Below are positions 1 to 10,215 of a stretch of 36,059 nucleotides of DNA, piece after piece. The stretch is from positions 1-36,059 of the IMG/VR virus record IMGVR_UViG_3300043174_000026. One strand, 5' to 3'. The stretch is from a virus (taxonomy: Duplodnaviria; Caudoviricetes). The notes beneath the pieces are model-generated. The model ran no database searches and was not told where the DNA came from. It saw only the letters and a program-made list of their open reading frames with translations. Each line of letters starts with the position of its first letter. Position 1 is the first letter of the stretch. Made by a program: the position numbers and the translations under genes.

Positions 1-7
1 AGACACG

Positions 8-280
8 GTGGAATCTGTTGCGAAGTCGCTTCATGGACTGCCGATCACGCAGAATCAGTTTGACTCTCTCGTCAGTTTCACGTATAATGTAGGAAGTGGT
101 GGATTTCTCACGTCCACGTTGCTCAAAATGATTCGGGCAGGACAACCCGTCGTGCAAGATTACTTCACACGGTGGAGTAAGGTGCGTGACCCGAGAACGA
201 AGCAGCTTGTGGTGAGTCGCGGGCTGTATGCTCGTCGCGTTATGGAATTTCGGATGTTTACTTTGGGAGTTTACGAATGA
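8..280 (+). CDS. Phage lysozyme (GH24) C-terminal part, probably truncated by the window start
   Basis: ITQNQFDSLVSFTYNVG...GLYARR..E is the typical C-terminal half of GH24 phage lysozymes; the N-terminal catalytic E/D/T region is not in the window. Confidence 0.75.
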   Translation: MESVAKSLHGLPITQNQFDSLVSFTYNVGSGGFLTSTLLKMIRAGQPVVQDYFTRWSKVRDPRTKQLVVSRGLYARRVMEFRMFTLGVYE

Positions 281-627
281 GTGATTTGTTTGTAACATCG
301 GTGGAGCTAGGAGTTCAGAATGTGCACCTCATGTCTGGTGAGGACATCATTGGGCGAGTGTTTCTAGACCAGACGAAGCAGACGCTCCGGATCGAGAGCC
401 CTGTGATGCCCACTATCGGGCAGGACCAGCAGAACGGAAACTACCGAGTGGGATTGCTTCCGCTCCGTCCGTATCTAGGTAAGGTCAAGTCCGTGAACGT
501 TCCGCTCGCGAGCGTGGCGTATCATGTTGAGGTCGGCGACCAGATGGCGAAGCTCTACGCGCAGTTTGTGAGTGACATTGTGCTCCCGCCTACTCCGAAC
601 TTGAGCCAGATCCTCGGCAGTAAGTAA
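277..627 (+). CDS. Hypothetical protein (Sm-like small protein typical upstream of gp43 in T4-like phages)
   Basis: ATGA overlap with upstream gene, GGAG RBS, HLMSGEDIIG pattern. Confidence 0.6.
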   Translation: MSDLFVTSVELGVQNVHLMSGEDIIGRVFLDQTKQTLRIESPVMPTIGQDQQNGNYRVGLLPLRPYLGKVKSVNVPLASVAYHVEVGDQMAKLYAQFVSDIVLPPTPNLSQILGSK

Positions 628-645
628 TCGTCTGCTAATCGTCAG

Positions 646-3210
646 ATGAAGCATACTATTCGTCAGGTGAAGTATCTTAAGTCGCTTCGCCCGGACTTGC
701 TCTATACGTCCGTGGCGACCATCGGGAATCGTGTTTTTGCGCGAGCCCGGGCCAAGGACGGCGCTCCCGTCTTTGTGGAGACAGAATACACTCCCACCTA
801 CTACACTCCCGGCGACGACTCCGAAGCATATGACGCGAAGGGGTACGACGGAGTGCCCCTCTGCCCGACTGTCTGTGACTCCATCCGCGAGGGAAAGAAC
901 TTCCTAGAGACGATGGAAGAACAGGGGATGCCCGTCTACGGGAACATCCAACCGGAATACATGGTGCTGTCGGATGTCTACGGGAAAGTGGACATCGAAC
1001 CGGACATGGACAAGCTCTATGTCTGGTTCCTTGATATTGAGGTGGACAGAGATCCCGTCAAGGGATTCGCCAAGATCGAGGACCCGTTCAATCCCGTGAC
1101 TGCCATCACCATGACTTGGCAGCACATGGGAAAGACGGGGACAGTTATCTACGGAACGAAGGACTACGAACCGAAAGAGAACGAGCTATACCTCAAGTGC
1201 AAGTCCGAGGACGAACTGCTCCGGCGGTTCCTTGACGACTTCAGCGACGGATACGATTACCCAGACATCGTGACGGGGTGGAACGTCCAGTTCTACGATA
1301 TCCCGTATCTCATCAATCGGATGAAGATGATGTTCGCCGAAGAGAACTGGATGAGACTCTCTCCCTTTGAGCGCATTCAGGATCGGCGTGTCACGCTCAA
1401 CGGACGGGACCAAACGGTCATGGACGTGAAGGGTATTGCGATTCTGGATTACTACGAGTTATACCGCAAGTTCACCTACACGCAGCAGGAGTCCTACCGA
1501 CTGGACCACATCGCGCATGTAGAACTCGGGAAGCGCAAGCTCTCGTATGCGGAGTTCCGTTCCCTGTATAACCTCTACCGCCAGGACCATCAGAAGTTTA
1601 TTGAATACAACGTGCAGGACGTTCAGCTTGTCGTAGAGCTAGACGCGAAGATGCGCCTCATTGAACTGGTGTGTGCGCTCGCGTATGGTGCGAAGGCGAA
1701 CTTTGCGGACACGTTCCGACAAGTTCGTCTGTGGGATATTATGATCTACCATCGGCTCCGGGCCGAAGGCAAGCAGATTCCCCCGCGCAAGGAAGAGACG
1801 AAGACGGAGCAATACGCGGGTGCATACGTCAAGGACCCATTGGTGGGACTCCACAACTGGGTGGTGTCGTTCGACGTAGCCTCCATGTATCCTCACATCA
1901 TTCGCCAGTGGAACCTGTCCCCGGAATCCATTCGGGAACGTGGCCACGTCGGGGAATGGTCGGTAGACGACTTCCTCAACAAGAAGGTACCAACGGGGTT
2001 CCTTATGGGCTCCGAACACGCGCTTGCGGCTAACGGACTGGAGACAGACCGGGAGCAAGAGGGTTTCCTACCCAATATGCTGAAAACGCTCTACGATGAG
2101 CGTGTTCGTTTCAAGGGACTCGCCAAGAAATACAAGGGAGAGTTAGAGAAGACGACGGACCCCGTTAAGCAAGCGGAGCTTCGCAAGAAAATTTCCGCGG
2201 CGAATAACCAGCAGTTGGTTCGCAAAGTGAACCTCAACTCCGCGTATGGTGCGTTGGGTTCCGCTTACTTTCGGTTCTATGACACGGACATGGCAGAGGC
2301 GGTGACGCTCACGGGACAGTTGACTATTCGTTGGGTTGCACGGGATGTGAATGCGTTGCTCAATCGTATCTTTAAGACGAAAGAGGACTATATCATTGCG
2401 TCGGATACGGATTCTATCTATGTCCGTATGAGTGCGGTAGTCCGCGAGTGGAGTAAGACGCATCCGGACGCCAGCAAGGACGATATCGTGACGATGCTGG
2501 ACCAAATCTGCAAGAAGCGGATTGAACCCTGCATTACGGAGTCCCTGAATGAACTGGCGAGCTATTTGAATGTTGCGGTCCCGTGTCTGTCAATGGTGCG
2601 GGAAAGCATTGCGGACAAGGGAGTATGGACGGCAAAGAAGCGTTACATTCTGAACGTGTTTGATAGTGAGGGCGTCCGCTACGCGAAACCGAAGCTCAAG
2701 ATCATGGGGGTTGAAGCGATCAAGTCCAGCACACCAGCGATCTGCCGGGACATGATTACTCACGCCGTGAAGCTGTTCATGACGGGGACGCAACAGGATG
2801 TGTGGGACTACATTACAAAGGCGCGACTTGAATTTGTAGGTGCGGCTTTTGAAGACATCGCATTTCCTCGTTCCGTCAACGGACTGAAAAAGTATAGCGG
2901 ACGGGACAAGAGTGTACCAATTCATGTCAAGGGCGCGATTGCGTTCAACGAGGCGCTGGAGCGGATGGGATTGGCCAAAGAGTATGAACCTGTGCATGAG
3001 GGAGAAAAGATTCGCTTTGCGTATCTCCGCGTACCGAATCCTTTCCGTGTGCATGTGATGTCTGCTCCCGAGGGATGTCCGCCGGAGTGGAACATTGAGA
3101 AATGGCTGGATTACGATACGATGTTTGAGAAGGCACTGGTAGAACCATTGGAGGCAATTCTGTCCTGCGCGGGGTGGTCAACAGTCAAGACGGCCTCGTT
3201 GTTTGACTAA
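646..3210 (+). CDS. gp43: Family B DNA polymerase (T4 gp43-like)
   Basis: ExoI DIE, ExoII GWNVQFYD, ExoIII YNVQD, SFDVASMYP, KxxxNSAYG, SDTDS, KKRY and C-terminal clamp-binding SLFD. Confidence 0.98.
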   Translation: MKHTIRQVKYLKSLRPDLLYTSVATIGNRVFARARAKDGAPVFVETEYTPTYYTPGDDSEAYDAKGYDGVPLCPTVCDSIREGKNFLETMEEQGMPVYGNIQPEYMVLSDVYGKVDIEPDMDKLYVWFLDIEVDRDPVKGFAKIEDPFNPVTAITMTWQHMGKTGTVIYGTKDYEPKENELYLKCKSEDELLRRFLDDFSDGYDYPDIVTGWNVQFYDIPYLINRMKMMFAEENWMRLSPFERIQDRRVTLNGRDQTVMDVKGIAILDYYELYRKFTYTQQESYRLDHIAHVELGKRKLSYAEFRSLYNLYRQDHQKFIEYNVQDVQLVVELDAKMRLIELVCALAYGAKANFADTFRQVRLWDIMIYHRLRAEGKQIPPRKEETKTEQYAGAYVKDPLVGLHNWVVSFDVASMYPHIIRQWNLSPESIRERGHVGEWSVDDFLNKKVPTGFLMGSEHALAANGLETDREQEGFLPNMLKTLYDERVRFKGLAKKYKGELEKTTDPVKQAELRKKISAANNQQLVRKVNLNSAYGALGSAYFRFYDTDMAEAVTLTGQLTIRWVARDVNALLNRIFKTKEDYIIASDTDSIYVRMSAVVREWSKTHPDASKDDIVTMLDQICKKRIEPCITESLNELASYLNVAVPCLSMVRESIADKGVWTAKKRYILNVFDSEGVRYAKPKLKIMGVEAIKSSTPAICRDMITHAVKLFMTGTQQDVWDYITKARLEFVGAAFEDIAFPRSVNGLKKYSGRDKSVPIHVKGAIAFNEALERMGLAKEYEPVHEGEKIRFAYLRVPNPFRVHVMSAPEGCPPEWNIEKWLDYDTMFEKALVEPLEAILSCAGWSTVKTASLFD

Positions 3211-3218
3211 TATTATGC

Positions 3219-3247
3219 TTGCATCATAACAGGAGGTGTGTTATGAT
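3219..3247 (+). promoter_or_regulatory. sigma70-type promoter upstream of uvsX
   Basis: TTGCAT-17 nt-TATGAT followed by GGAGG RBS. Confidence 0.6.
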
Positions 3248-3264
3248 GCTGTTGGAGGTTATGA

Positions 3265-4320
3265 ATGGCAAAGGATTTTTTCAAAACGTTCGTGGACGAT
3301 CTAGGGGACCCTGATACCACGATTGCGGCAGATGGGCTCGCATCGTCGGAGTTCTCCGGATACATCGACACGGGCAGTTATGTGCTGAATGCGGCGCTGT
3401 CGGGGAGCATCTTTGGTGGATTCCCGAATAACAAGGCGGTCGTGTTCGCCGGAGACCCCGCGACGGGCAAGACGTTCTTCGCGTTGGGACTCGTCAAGCA
3501 ATGGCTTGCGCAGAACAAGGACGGGCGCGTTTTCTATTTTGACACGGAATCAGCCGTCACCAACCAGATGATGGAAGCGCGAGGGATCGACCCCAAGCGT
3601 GTAGCCAAGTCGGAGCCGGATTCGCTTGAAGGGTTCCGGAATACTGCGGTCAAGTTGCTGGACAAGTATGCGGAGATCCCAAAGGACGAGCGATTCCCGC
3701 TGTTGCTAGTGCTCGACTCCCTCTCGATGCTCCCGTCTCGTAAGGAAATGGCGGACGTTGCAGAGGAAAAGGATACGAAGGACATGACGAAGCCCGGCGT
3801 CATCAAGGGCACATTCCGTCTCATCCGTCTGAAGCTCGCCAAGGTGCAAGTCCCATTCATCGTCACCAATCACGTCTATGCACAGATTGGTGCATACATG
3901 CCGACCAAGACGATGGCGGGTGGTAGCGGAGCGCAGTATGCGTCTGATACCATCGTGATGCTTTCCAAGAAGCAAGAGAAGGTCGGGGACGACATCGTGG
4001 GCATCCTTGTCCATGTGCATGTCAAGAAGTCGCGTCTGTCCCGTGAGAACACGAAGGTAGACGTGCGTATCCTGTTCAACGGAGGTCTGGACCGTTATTA
4101 CGGACTACTGGACTTTGCTGTTGAGGCAGGACTCATCAAGAAGGTTTCCACACGTTATGAGTTACCAGACGGTAGCAAGGTCTTTGAGAAGGCGATTCTC
4201 GCCAAGCCGGAAACAGTATTCACGCGGGAGCTACTGGAACAGCTAGACGAATACATGAAGCCCAGGTTCACGTATACCGCTGGCGCCAGTGCGGACGAGG
4301 CGGTGGACAGTGAAGAGTAA
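3265..4320 (+). CDS. uvsX: RecA-like recombinase UvsX
   Basis: DTGSYVLN, Walker A GDPATGKT, FDTE, Walker B VLDSL, TNHVY, GGSG; follows gp43. Confidence 0.95.
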   Translation: MAKDFFKTFVDDLGDPDTTIAADGLASSEFSGYIDTGSYVLNAALSGSIFGGFPNNKAVVFAGDPATGKTFFALGLVKQWLAQNKDGRVFYFDTESAVTNQMMEARGIDPKRVAKSEPDSLEGFRNTAVKLLDKYAEIPKDERFPLLLVLDSLSMLPSRKEMADVAEEKDTKDMTKPGVIKGTFRLIRLKLAKVQVPFIVTNHVYAQIGAYMPTKTMAGGSGAQYASDTIVMLSKKQEKVGDDIVGILVHVHVKKSRLSRENTKVDVRILFNGGLDRYYGLLDFAVEAGLIKKVSTRYELPDGSKVFEKAILAKPETVFTRELLEQLDEYMKPRFTYTAGASADEAVDSEE

Positions 4321-4621
4321 ACCAGAACAGGCGATTCTCGGGTGTGTCATTCCCCGTATTTGGCAGCCCAATTCTACAGACACAGCGGAGCTAGGACTGG
4401 AGATTCAGGACGGTCCCTATAAGGGCGTCGTATTTGGATTCACGAAGTTCAGCATTGACGAGGAACAGGGACCAGACAACATGGTCCCGTGTCACTTTGA
4501 GACGACCATCTATTCGGCACCAGAGGGATTCAAGGCGGATGAGGCGTTTGACGTTTTCACCGCGGAAGTCCTCGTGGCGTGGTTGAGTTACATTGTAGGG
4601 GAAGCACCGAAAGGCGATTGA
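4310..4621 (+). CDS. Probable gp40-like head vertex assembly chaperone
   Basis: Lies between uvsX and helicase as gp40 does in T4; IQDGPYKGVVFGF motif; GTG start with GAGG upstream. Confidence 0.55.
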   Translation: MKSKPEQAILGCVIPRIWQPNSTDTAELGLEIQDGPYKGVVFGFTKFSIDEEQGPDNMVPCHFETTIYSAPEGFKADEAFDVFTAEVLVAWLSYIVGEAPKGD

Positions 4622-6045
4622 TGCAGCCGCTAGAACGAACCATCTTGCGGCAACTGTTTGATAAGAAGGACTTCGCGGAGCGGGTTGTTCCATACCTGAA
4701 GGAAGAGTATTTCTTCACTCCGGGGGCAGCAACCATCTACAGACTGTATCATGCGTTCTTTGAGAAGTTCCACGCGGTACCACAGTTTGCTGCTATCAAG
4801 ATTGGGCTAGATTCCGTCAAGACGCTCACGGAACGGGAGGCAAAGGAAGCACTCACGGACTTGGCGGAGGTTGAGGCGGAAGTCCCGCTGTCGCACGACC
4901 AGGACCCGTGGTTGCTGGAACAGGCCGAAGAGTTCTGTCAGGACAGGGCACTTCACGTCGGATTGCAGGAGTGCATCCGGCTGATGGACGATCCGAATAA
5001 GACACGGCACGCGATTCCGGATGTGATGAAGTCTGCGCTCGCGGTGTCGTTCGACAATCACATCGGACACGACCTCGTGAACGATGCGGATGCGCGTTAC
5101 GAGTTCTACCACAAACCAGAGACGAAGTTGCCGTTCGACCTTGAGGTGTTCAATGCCATGACTCGCGGGGGCGTGACGAAGAAGACGCTCAACGTGGTCA
5201 TGGCGGGTACGAACGTCGGGAAGTCGTTGTTCCTGGTGCACCAGGCTGCGACGTATCTTCGTTTGGGTAAAAATGTCCTGTATATCACAATGGAGATGGC
5301 GGAGGAGCGTATCGCAGAACGTGTGGACGCCAACCTCATGAATCTCCCGATTGACGATGTACATGACCTCCCACATACGGACTATATTCGTAAGATTCAT
5401 ACCATCCGGAGTATGACAACAGGACGACTCATTATCAAAGAGTATCCTACAGGGCAAGCGCATTGTGGGCACTTTCGGGCGTTGCTTCATGAGTTGAAGT
5501 TGAAGCAGAACTTCGTGCCGGATGTCATCATGATTGATTACATCACGATTTGCGCGTCGTCCCGTATCAAGATGGGTACGACTGTCAACTCGTTTTCCCT
5601 CTACAAGTTTGTGGCAGAAGAACTCCGGGGATTGGGTGTTGAGTTTGGTGTGCCGATTTGGAGCGCGGCACAGTTCAACCGCGAGGGATACTCGTCCAGC
5701 GATCCGGGTTTGGAGAACGTCGGGGAGTCGTGGGGAATCCCACAAACTGCTGATTTCATGTTCGCTTTGGTCTCTACCGAGGATTTGGCAAAGCTCGGTC
5801 AGTTAGCCGTCGTGGAGATGAAGAATAGATATGCTAAGAAGAAGACGTTTGGTCAACAGCTTGTCGGGGTTGACACTGACCGGATGAAGCTCTATGACTT
5901 GACTTCGGCACAATTAGCATCGTCAGTGAATCCACCCCCGAGCACGATGAATTCACCATCCGCGACGTTCCAGACGTTCAACAAACGGAAGAGGCGTCCC
6001 CTACAAGCTCTGAGAAAGCAGGGGGTCGCCCAAGACGACGAATAG
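4621..6045 (+). CDS. gp41: DnaB-like replicative helicase (T4 gp41)
   Basis: Walker A AGTNVGKS, ITMEM, IIKEYPT, Walker B MIDY, AAQFNR, TADFM, KNRY; TGATG overlap supports the 4621 start. Confidence 0.96.
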   Translation: MQPLERTILRQLFDKKDFAERVVPYLKEEYFFTPGAATIYRLYHAFFEKFHAVPQFAAIKIGLDSVKTLTEREAKEALTDLAEVEAEVPLSHDQDPWLLEQAEEFCQDRALHVGLQECIRLMDDPNKTRHAIPDVMKSALAVSFDNHIGHDLVNDADARYEFYHKPETKLPFDLEVFNAMTRGGVTKKTLNVVMAGTNVGKSLFLVHQAATYLRLGKNVLYITMEMAEERIAERVDANLMNLPIDDVHDLPHTDYIRKIHTIRSMTTGRLIIKEYPTGQAHCGHFRALLHELKLKQNFVPDVIMIDYITICASSRIKMGTTVNSFSLYKFVAEELRGLGVEFGVPIWSAAQFNREGYSSSDPGLENVGESWGIPQTADFMFALVSTEDLAKLGQLAVVEMKNRYAKKKTFGQQLVGVDTDRMKLYDLTSAQLASSVNPPPSTMNSPSATFQTFNKRKRRPLQALRKQGVAQDDE

Positions 6046-6053
6046 GGACCTCA

Positions 6054-6812
6054 ATGCGTATCCATAACCTCCACCGGCGTGTTATCAGGGACATGGATAT
6101 GATGCTCGAACCCGTGAATGCCATCATGCCCGCGAGAATGCCTGCGTGTTACGAGACACGCAAGATGAATCTCGGGGCTTTCGTGCGGCGGCTAAATACT
6201 GTGACGGCGCAGTTCAACGTCGTCAACGAAATTCAGGACGACATTACGATCCCGAAGGGGTCGTCGGCAGTGTCCGGAATTTGGTACCCGGAAGATTTAC
6301 TTCCCGAGAAGGACAGCGATGCGGACATTCGGATTATCTGGCATCCGCATCCAGAATCTCATCGGATCAAGATTACACCGACGATCTGGGCTCGTCGGCG
6401 CTATTACTTTTGGGAGCGAGTCGCGCACGAGTTGGTGCACCGCTATCAGGACATTGACCGGGGTCCAGACGTAATGGCCCGGACGTTTAAGGTGCGGACC
6501 GCGGACGACGAACAGGCAGCGGAGCAGAAGCAATACTTTTCGGACTATGATGAGTTGGAAGCGTATGCTCATGACGCGGCGCTGGAGTTGTTGATGTGGT
6601 GGCCGGGATTGACGTTGAAGCAAGCGATTGGACAGGCGAACCAGGTGAACGAAGACACAGCGGTGTGGACGACGTATCAGAACTACTTGTCCACGTTTGA
6701 GGTCGGACATCCGGCGCGAACGCATTTTAGACGGAAGGTCAAGCAATGGTACCACGCGATGACACAGACGGGGGACTTCTATACGAAGCTGGCGCTTCCC
6801 AAGCTGGTGTAG
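6054..6812 (+). CDS. Hypothetical protein with zincin-like HExxH motif
   Basis: AHELVHRYQ followed by a downstream ELEAYA motif. Confidence 0.6.
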   Translation: MRIHNLHRRVIRDMDMMLEPVNAIMPARMPACYETRKMNLGAFVRRLNTVTAQFNVVNEIQDDITIPKGSSAVSGIWYPEDLLPEKDSDADIRIIWHPHPESHRIKITPTIWARRRYYFWERVAHELVHRYQDIDRGPDVMARTFKVRTADDEQAAEQKQYFSDYDELEAYAHDAALELLMWWPGLTLKQAIGQANQVNEDTAVWTTYQNYLSTFEVGHPARTHFRRKVKQWYHAMTQTGDFYTKLALPKLV

Positions 6813-8044
6813 TTCGGCGATTCGCTGACTTCACGGCAGCGCCAGAGATGCTGTCGGAGGCGAAGAATACACACCTGACGCACCTTGAGGATGTGATTTT
6901 GGACGACGGTCCTTCTGGTGTTACATTTGCGTTGACTATTCTACGTGAGTTCGGACGCATTTTGAACGGCGGGACGGTCTCCCGGGCGCTCAACGTTTCA
7001 GTCAAATGGGACGGGGCGCCCGCTATTATTTTCGGGCAGGACCCTGAGGACGGTAAGTTTTTCGTCGCGACGAAGGGAGCGTTCGCCAAGACCCCCAAGC
7101 TCGCGAAGTCCCATGCGGACATCGACGGATACTGGAGTGGAGGACTCGCGGAGACAATGCACCTGGCGTTCAACACGCTTGGTGCGTCCAAGCCAAAGGG
7201 CGTGTTTCAGGGGGACGCGCTCTACACGCGGTCATCTATCGCGGTCCAGACCATTGACGGCGTTACGTATCTCACCTTTCGTCCCAACACCATCACATAC
7301 GCGGTCGACCAGAATAGCGACCTCGGTCGTCGGATTGCGGCTTCGCAGTTCGGGATTGTCGTCCACACGATGTATACCGGCCGGGGCACGCTCGCGCAAT
7401 ACAACGCGGGTCCCATCACTCCTGGTGCGTTCTCTACGATGCGTCCTGGTTCGGATGTTGTGATTCTGGACGCGAAGTTTGACGACCTCTCGGGAACGGT
7501 GACGTTTACCGCCCAGGAACAAGCGGATTTCGACCTCGCGTTCGATGAGGCGGCCGCCTGGGGTCGTCTGGACAAGCGTGTCTATGCGACCATTCTGTCA
7601 GAGCCCCTACACGCTTATCTCCAGCAGTTCATCAATGCTCAAGTTCGGCAAAATAAGTCCCTTGCTCCGGAACAGGCGGTCGCTGCGTTCCAGGTCTATC
7701 TCGCGGAGCTTGAGGACAAGGAATTGGCAATTAAGAAGTCGGACAAGGGGAAGGAAGCGACTCGGGCGAAGTTCGGGGATGTCTTAACGCAGATACGAAG
7801 CATCCGGACCGGTTTGGTGAATTGGTTCGCGCTTCACTCAGCTATCGCTCGTTGCAAAAACGTTGTTGTCCGTAAGCTCGGCCAAGCGTCCAAAGTGGCA
7901 TCGTTCGTCTCTACTCCTACGGGATATAGTGTGACGGGCCCCGAGGGATTCGTTGCGGTCGCTCACAGTGGCAAAGCAATCAAGCTCGTGGACCGACTAG
8001 AGTTCTCCCGACTGAACTTCACCGTGCCGAAGGAATGGAAATAG
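6746..8044 (+). CDS. Conserved T4-like phage protein (DUF6267-like) with ligase-like motifs; start uncertain (6746 or 6848)
   Basis: KNTHLTHLED, SVKWDGAPA, FQGD, PNTITY, PEGFV, KLVDRLEFS motifs. Confidence 0.75.
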   Translation: MVPRDDTDGGLLYEAGASQAGVVRRFADFTAAPEMLSEAKNTHLTHLEDVILDDGPSGVTFALTILREFGRILNGGTVSRALNVSVKWDGAPAIIFGQDPEDGKFFVATKGAFAKTPKLAKSHADIDGYWSGGLAETMHLAFNTLGASKPKGVFQGDALYTRSSIAVQTIDGVTYLTFRPNTITYAVDQNSDLGRRIAASQFGIVVHTMYTGRGTLAQYNAGPITPGAFSTMRPGSDVVILDAKFDDLSGTVTFTAQEQADFDLAFDEAAAWGRLDKRVYATILSEPLHAYLQQFINAQVRQNKSLAPEQAVAAFQVYLAELEDKELAIKKSDKGKEATRAKFGDVLTQIRSIRTGLVNWFALHSAIARCKNVVVRKLGQASKVASFVSTPTGYSVTGPEGFVAVAHSGKAIKLVDRLEFSRLNFTVPKEWK

Positions 8045-8045
8045 C

Positions 8046-8052
8046 CTAAATA
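8046..8052 (+). promoter_or_regulatory. Putative T4-type late promoter (CTAAATA)
   Basis: Close variant of TATAAATA placed in the short intergenic gap. Confidence 0.5.
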
Positions 8053-8067
8053 CAGGCAGGCGGGACT

Positions 8068-9246
8068 ATGGACAAAGGGATCGTTATCGCATTCGGACGT
8101 TTCAACCCGCCGACGACGGGGCACAGGCTGTTGCTAGACTTCGTGAAGAAGGAAGCAGCCAAGCGGAAAGCGGACGTATTGGTTTTTCCGTCACAGTCGC
8201 ATGATGTCGTGACACCCAGAACGCGGGTGCAACCGAAGAATCCGCTTCCGTTTGACGTGAAGGTGGACTTCTTGGAGCGTCTGTTTCCGGACGTGAACTT
8301 CAGCAGCGACACGCGGGTCAAGACGCCTGTAGATGCGTTGATGGCGTGTTCTATGGCTGGATACGACAGAGTATGGGTCGTCGTGGGAAGCGATAGAGTT
8401 GCAGACTTCATGGTACTGAGCAAGTATGTGAAGCTGAAGGGAAAGAAAGGAACGGACATCATCCTGAAAGAGTATGGGGTGATTCCAGTTCCCGGCGGCC
8501 GCGACCCGGACGCTGAAGGGGTCGCGGGAATGTCCGCAAGCAAGATGCGGGCAGCCGCTGTCGCCAATGACTTTGAGACGTTCCGGCAGGGAGTTTCCAA
8601 GCCGGCGTTAGCGAGACATTTGTTCAACACAGTGCGGGACCATATGAAGCTCACAGAATCGACGCAAACACAGAGAGCATTTTTGTTGTATGGACCCGCA
8701 ACTGCGGGACTGGCGGAAGCCGTGCAGGAACACACCACCATGCTCACGGTGACGCCACGGGACATCCTGCTCAACAGCCCTCGTTATACCAAGCTGTTGA
8801 GTTCCAAACTTCCGTTTGCGATTGACGTGCGGAACGAGTCATTTTTGACCATCCAGCGTGTCCACGGACTTTTGGAATCGGCAGAGATTGTCCCGACAGT
8901 TTATGTCTACGACAAGCATTCGCGCATCATGTCTGAGGACAGCGTGAATCAGCTAACGACGGTAGGAATGTTGAAACGCGGATTGGCGCGGGATGTGATT
9001 GAAGTCGTCACACCGGGGCGAATGATTCAGAGTATGATTGACATCATGGAGACGGATGTGAGACTCAAGCCCCCGTCCGAGGTGGATCGCCTCAAGGCGA
9101 ACCAGAAACAGCAAGAGATTATGCTCAAGTCACGCCAGGCTCAGGAACTCCTCCAAGCAAAGCAACGCGAGCTTGCGAAGCGGACCCGAGACGATATGAA
9201 CAAAATCAAGACCGGCGAAAAACCAGCAGCATCGCCTACAAGATAG
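8068..9246 (+). CDS. Cytidylyltransferase-like (HxGH) nucleotidyltransferase with C-terminal extension
   Basis: FGRFNPPTTGH, KNPL, VVGSDR, GMSASKMR motifs. Confidence 0.85.
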   Translation: MDKGIVIAFGRFNPPTTGHRLLLDFVKKEAAKRKADVLVFPSQSHDVVTPRTRVQPKNPLPFDVKVDFLERLFPDVNFSSDTRVKTPVDALMACSMAGYDRVWVVVGSDRVADFMVLSKYVKLKGKKGTDIILKEYGVIPVPGGRDPDAEGVAGMSASKMRAAAVANDFETFRQGVSKPALARHLFNTVRDHMKLTESTQTQRAFLLYGPATAGLAEAVQEHTTMLTVTPRDILLNSPRYTKLLSSKLPFAIDVRNESFLTIQRVHGLLESAEIVPTVYVYDKHSRIMSEDSVNQLTTVGMLKRGLARDVIEVVTPGRMIQSMIDIMETDVRLKPPSEVDRLKANQKQQEIMLKSRQAQELLQAKQRELAKRTRDDMNKIKTGEKPAASPTR

Positions 9247-9261
9247 GCTTAGGAGATTCAC

Positions 9262-10203
9262 ATGTCAAAGGGAAATTGGGGCGCAGATCAGACAGACGAA
9301 CGGAAACCTACTTGGCCGTGGGTCTCTGAATACGTTGGATACGCGAATTGTTTCGCGACGGGTGGGGGATGGACTGTCCGTTGGCCGTGGGGTGACGAGG
9401 TCATCGTTGCACTCAGTAACTTGACGACGAAGCTAGGAAATTCGTCAATCGGATCGTTGACATATACGCCCATTTCTGGAATGTATCTTGTCAATGCTGC
9501 ATCGCAGGCGCTACATGTGGTGGTGGGGTTCAACGAAGCGGTAACTGTGTCGGGTACCCCGACGTTGCAGCTCATTTCTGGAAATGCAAGCCACTCGAAC
9601 GTCACCGCATCTTACAACTCAGCGGCCAGCAACCTTTCAAGCGGTAAGGTGGTGTTCAGCAATCAGAGCTTCACACTCGCACAGGTGGGCTACGCAGCCA
9701 ACTCGTTGGTTGTTAACAGCACCTCTGTCGTGTCTGGTTGGGATGGCATCTCTGATGCGGGTAACGCAAATGACGTGGCGAACGGAATTCCGTCGTCATT
9801 CAGTTTGTCGATTCCGATTTACCAGGAGAAGCCAGTTCACGTTGCGACGTTGCGCGTGGGTACCGCGAACAGCTCTGTCAACGGACAGATTGGATTTGCA
9901 CTGGACTTCAACGAATTGCTGGTGCTCGGAGGCAACTCTGAGGCCATCACGTTGCGTGCTATTGCGGACGCGAATGCGACCAACGGCAACCTCGTGTGCA
10001 CCCTCAATGTGTCGGCGAGCAACTTGGCGCTTGGCAACCTCGTGTTCCAGTCAGCAGTGACCGATTTCAACAACGTGAACGCCGGCATCTACACAATCAA
10101 CACCACATCTGTGTTGACGGGATGGGACGGAATCAAGAACTCAATTGGTGGGGTTGTTGCGAACAGCATCATCGTTGCCAACACGTTCACCGTGACCGTA
10201 TAA
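9262..10203 (+). CDS. Probable virion structural protein with two internal beta-rich repeats
   Basis: S/N/A/V-rich; FNE...SNL..G..VF...N.TSV..GWDGI occurs twice; GGAG RBS. Confidence 0.6.
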   Translation: MSKGNWGADQTDERKPTWPWVSEYVGYANCFATGGGWTVRWPWGDEVIVALSNLTTKLGNSSIGSLTYTPISGMYLVNAASQALHVVVGFNEAVTVSGTPTLQLISGNASHSNVTASYNSAASNLSSGKVVFSNQSFTLAQVGYAANSLVVNSTSVVSGWDGISDAGNANDVANGIPSSFSLSIPIYQEKPVHVATLRVGTANSSVNGQIGFALDFNELLVLGGNSEAITLRAIADANATNGNLVCTLNVSASNLALGNLVFQSAVTDFNNVNAGIYTINTTSVLTGWDGIKNSIGGVVANSIIVANTFTVTV

Positions 10204-10215
10204 CGCGGAGTCGTC

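Noticed and set aside
4807-5745. Long minus-strand ORFs (for example 312 aa here, 8046-8774, 31127-31984)
   Set aside because: Antisense shadows of well-supported plus-strand genes, with no motifs or RBS
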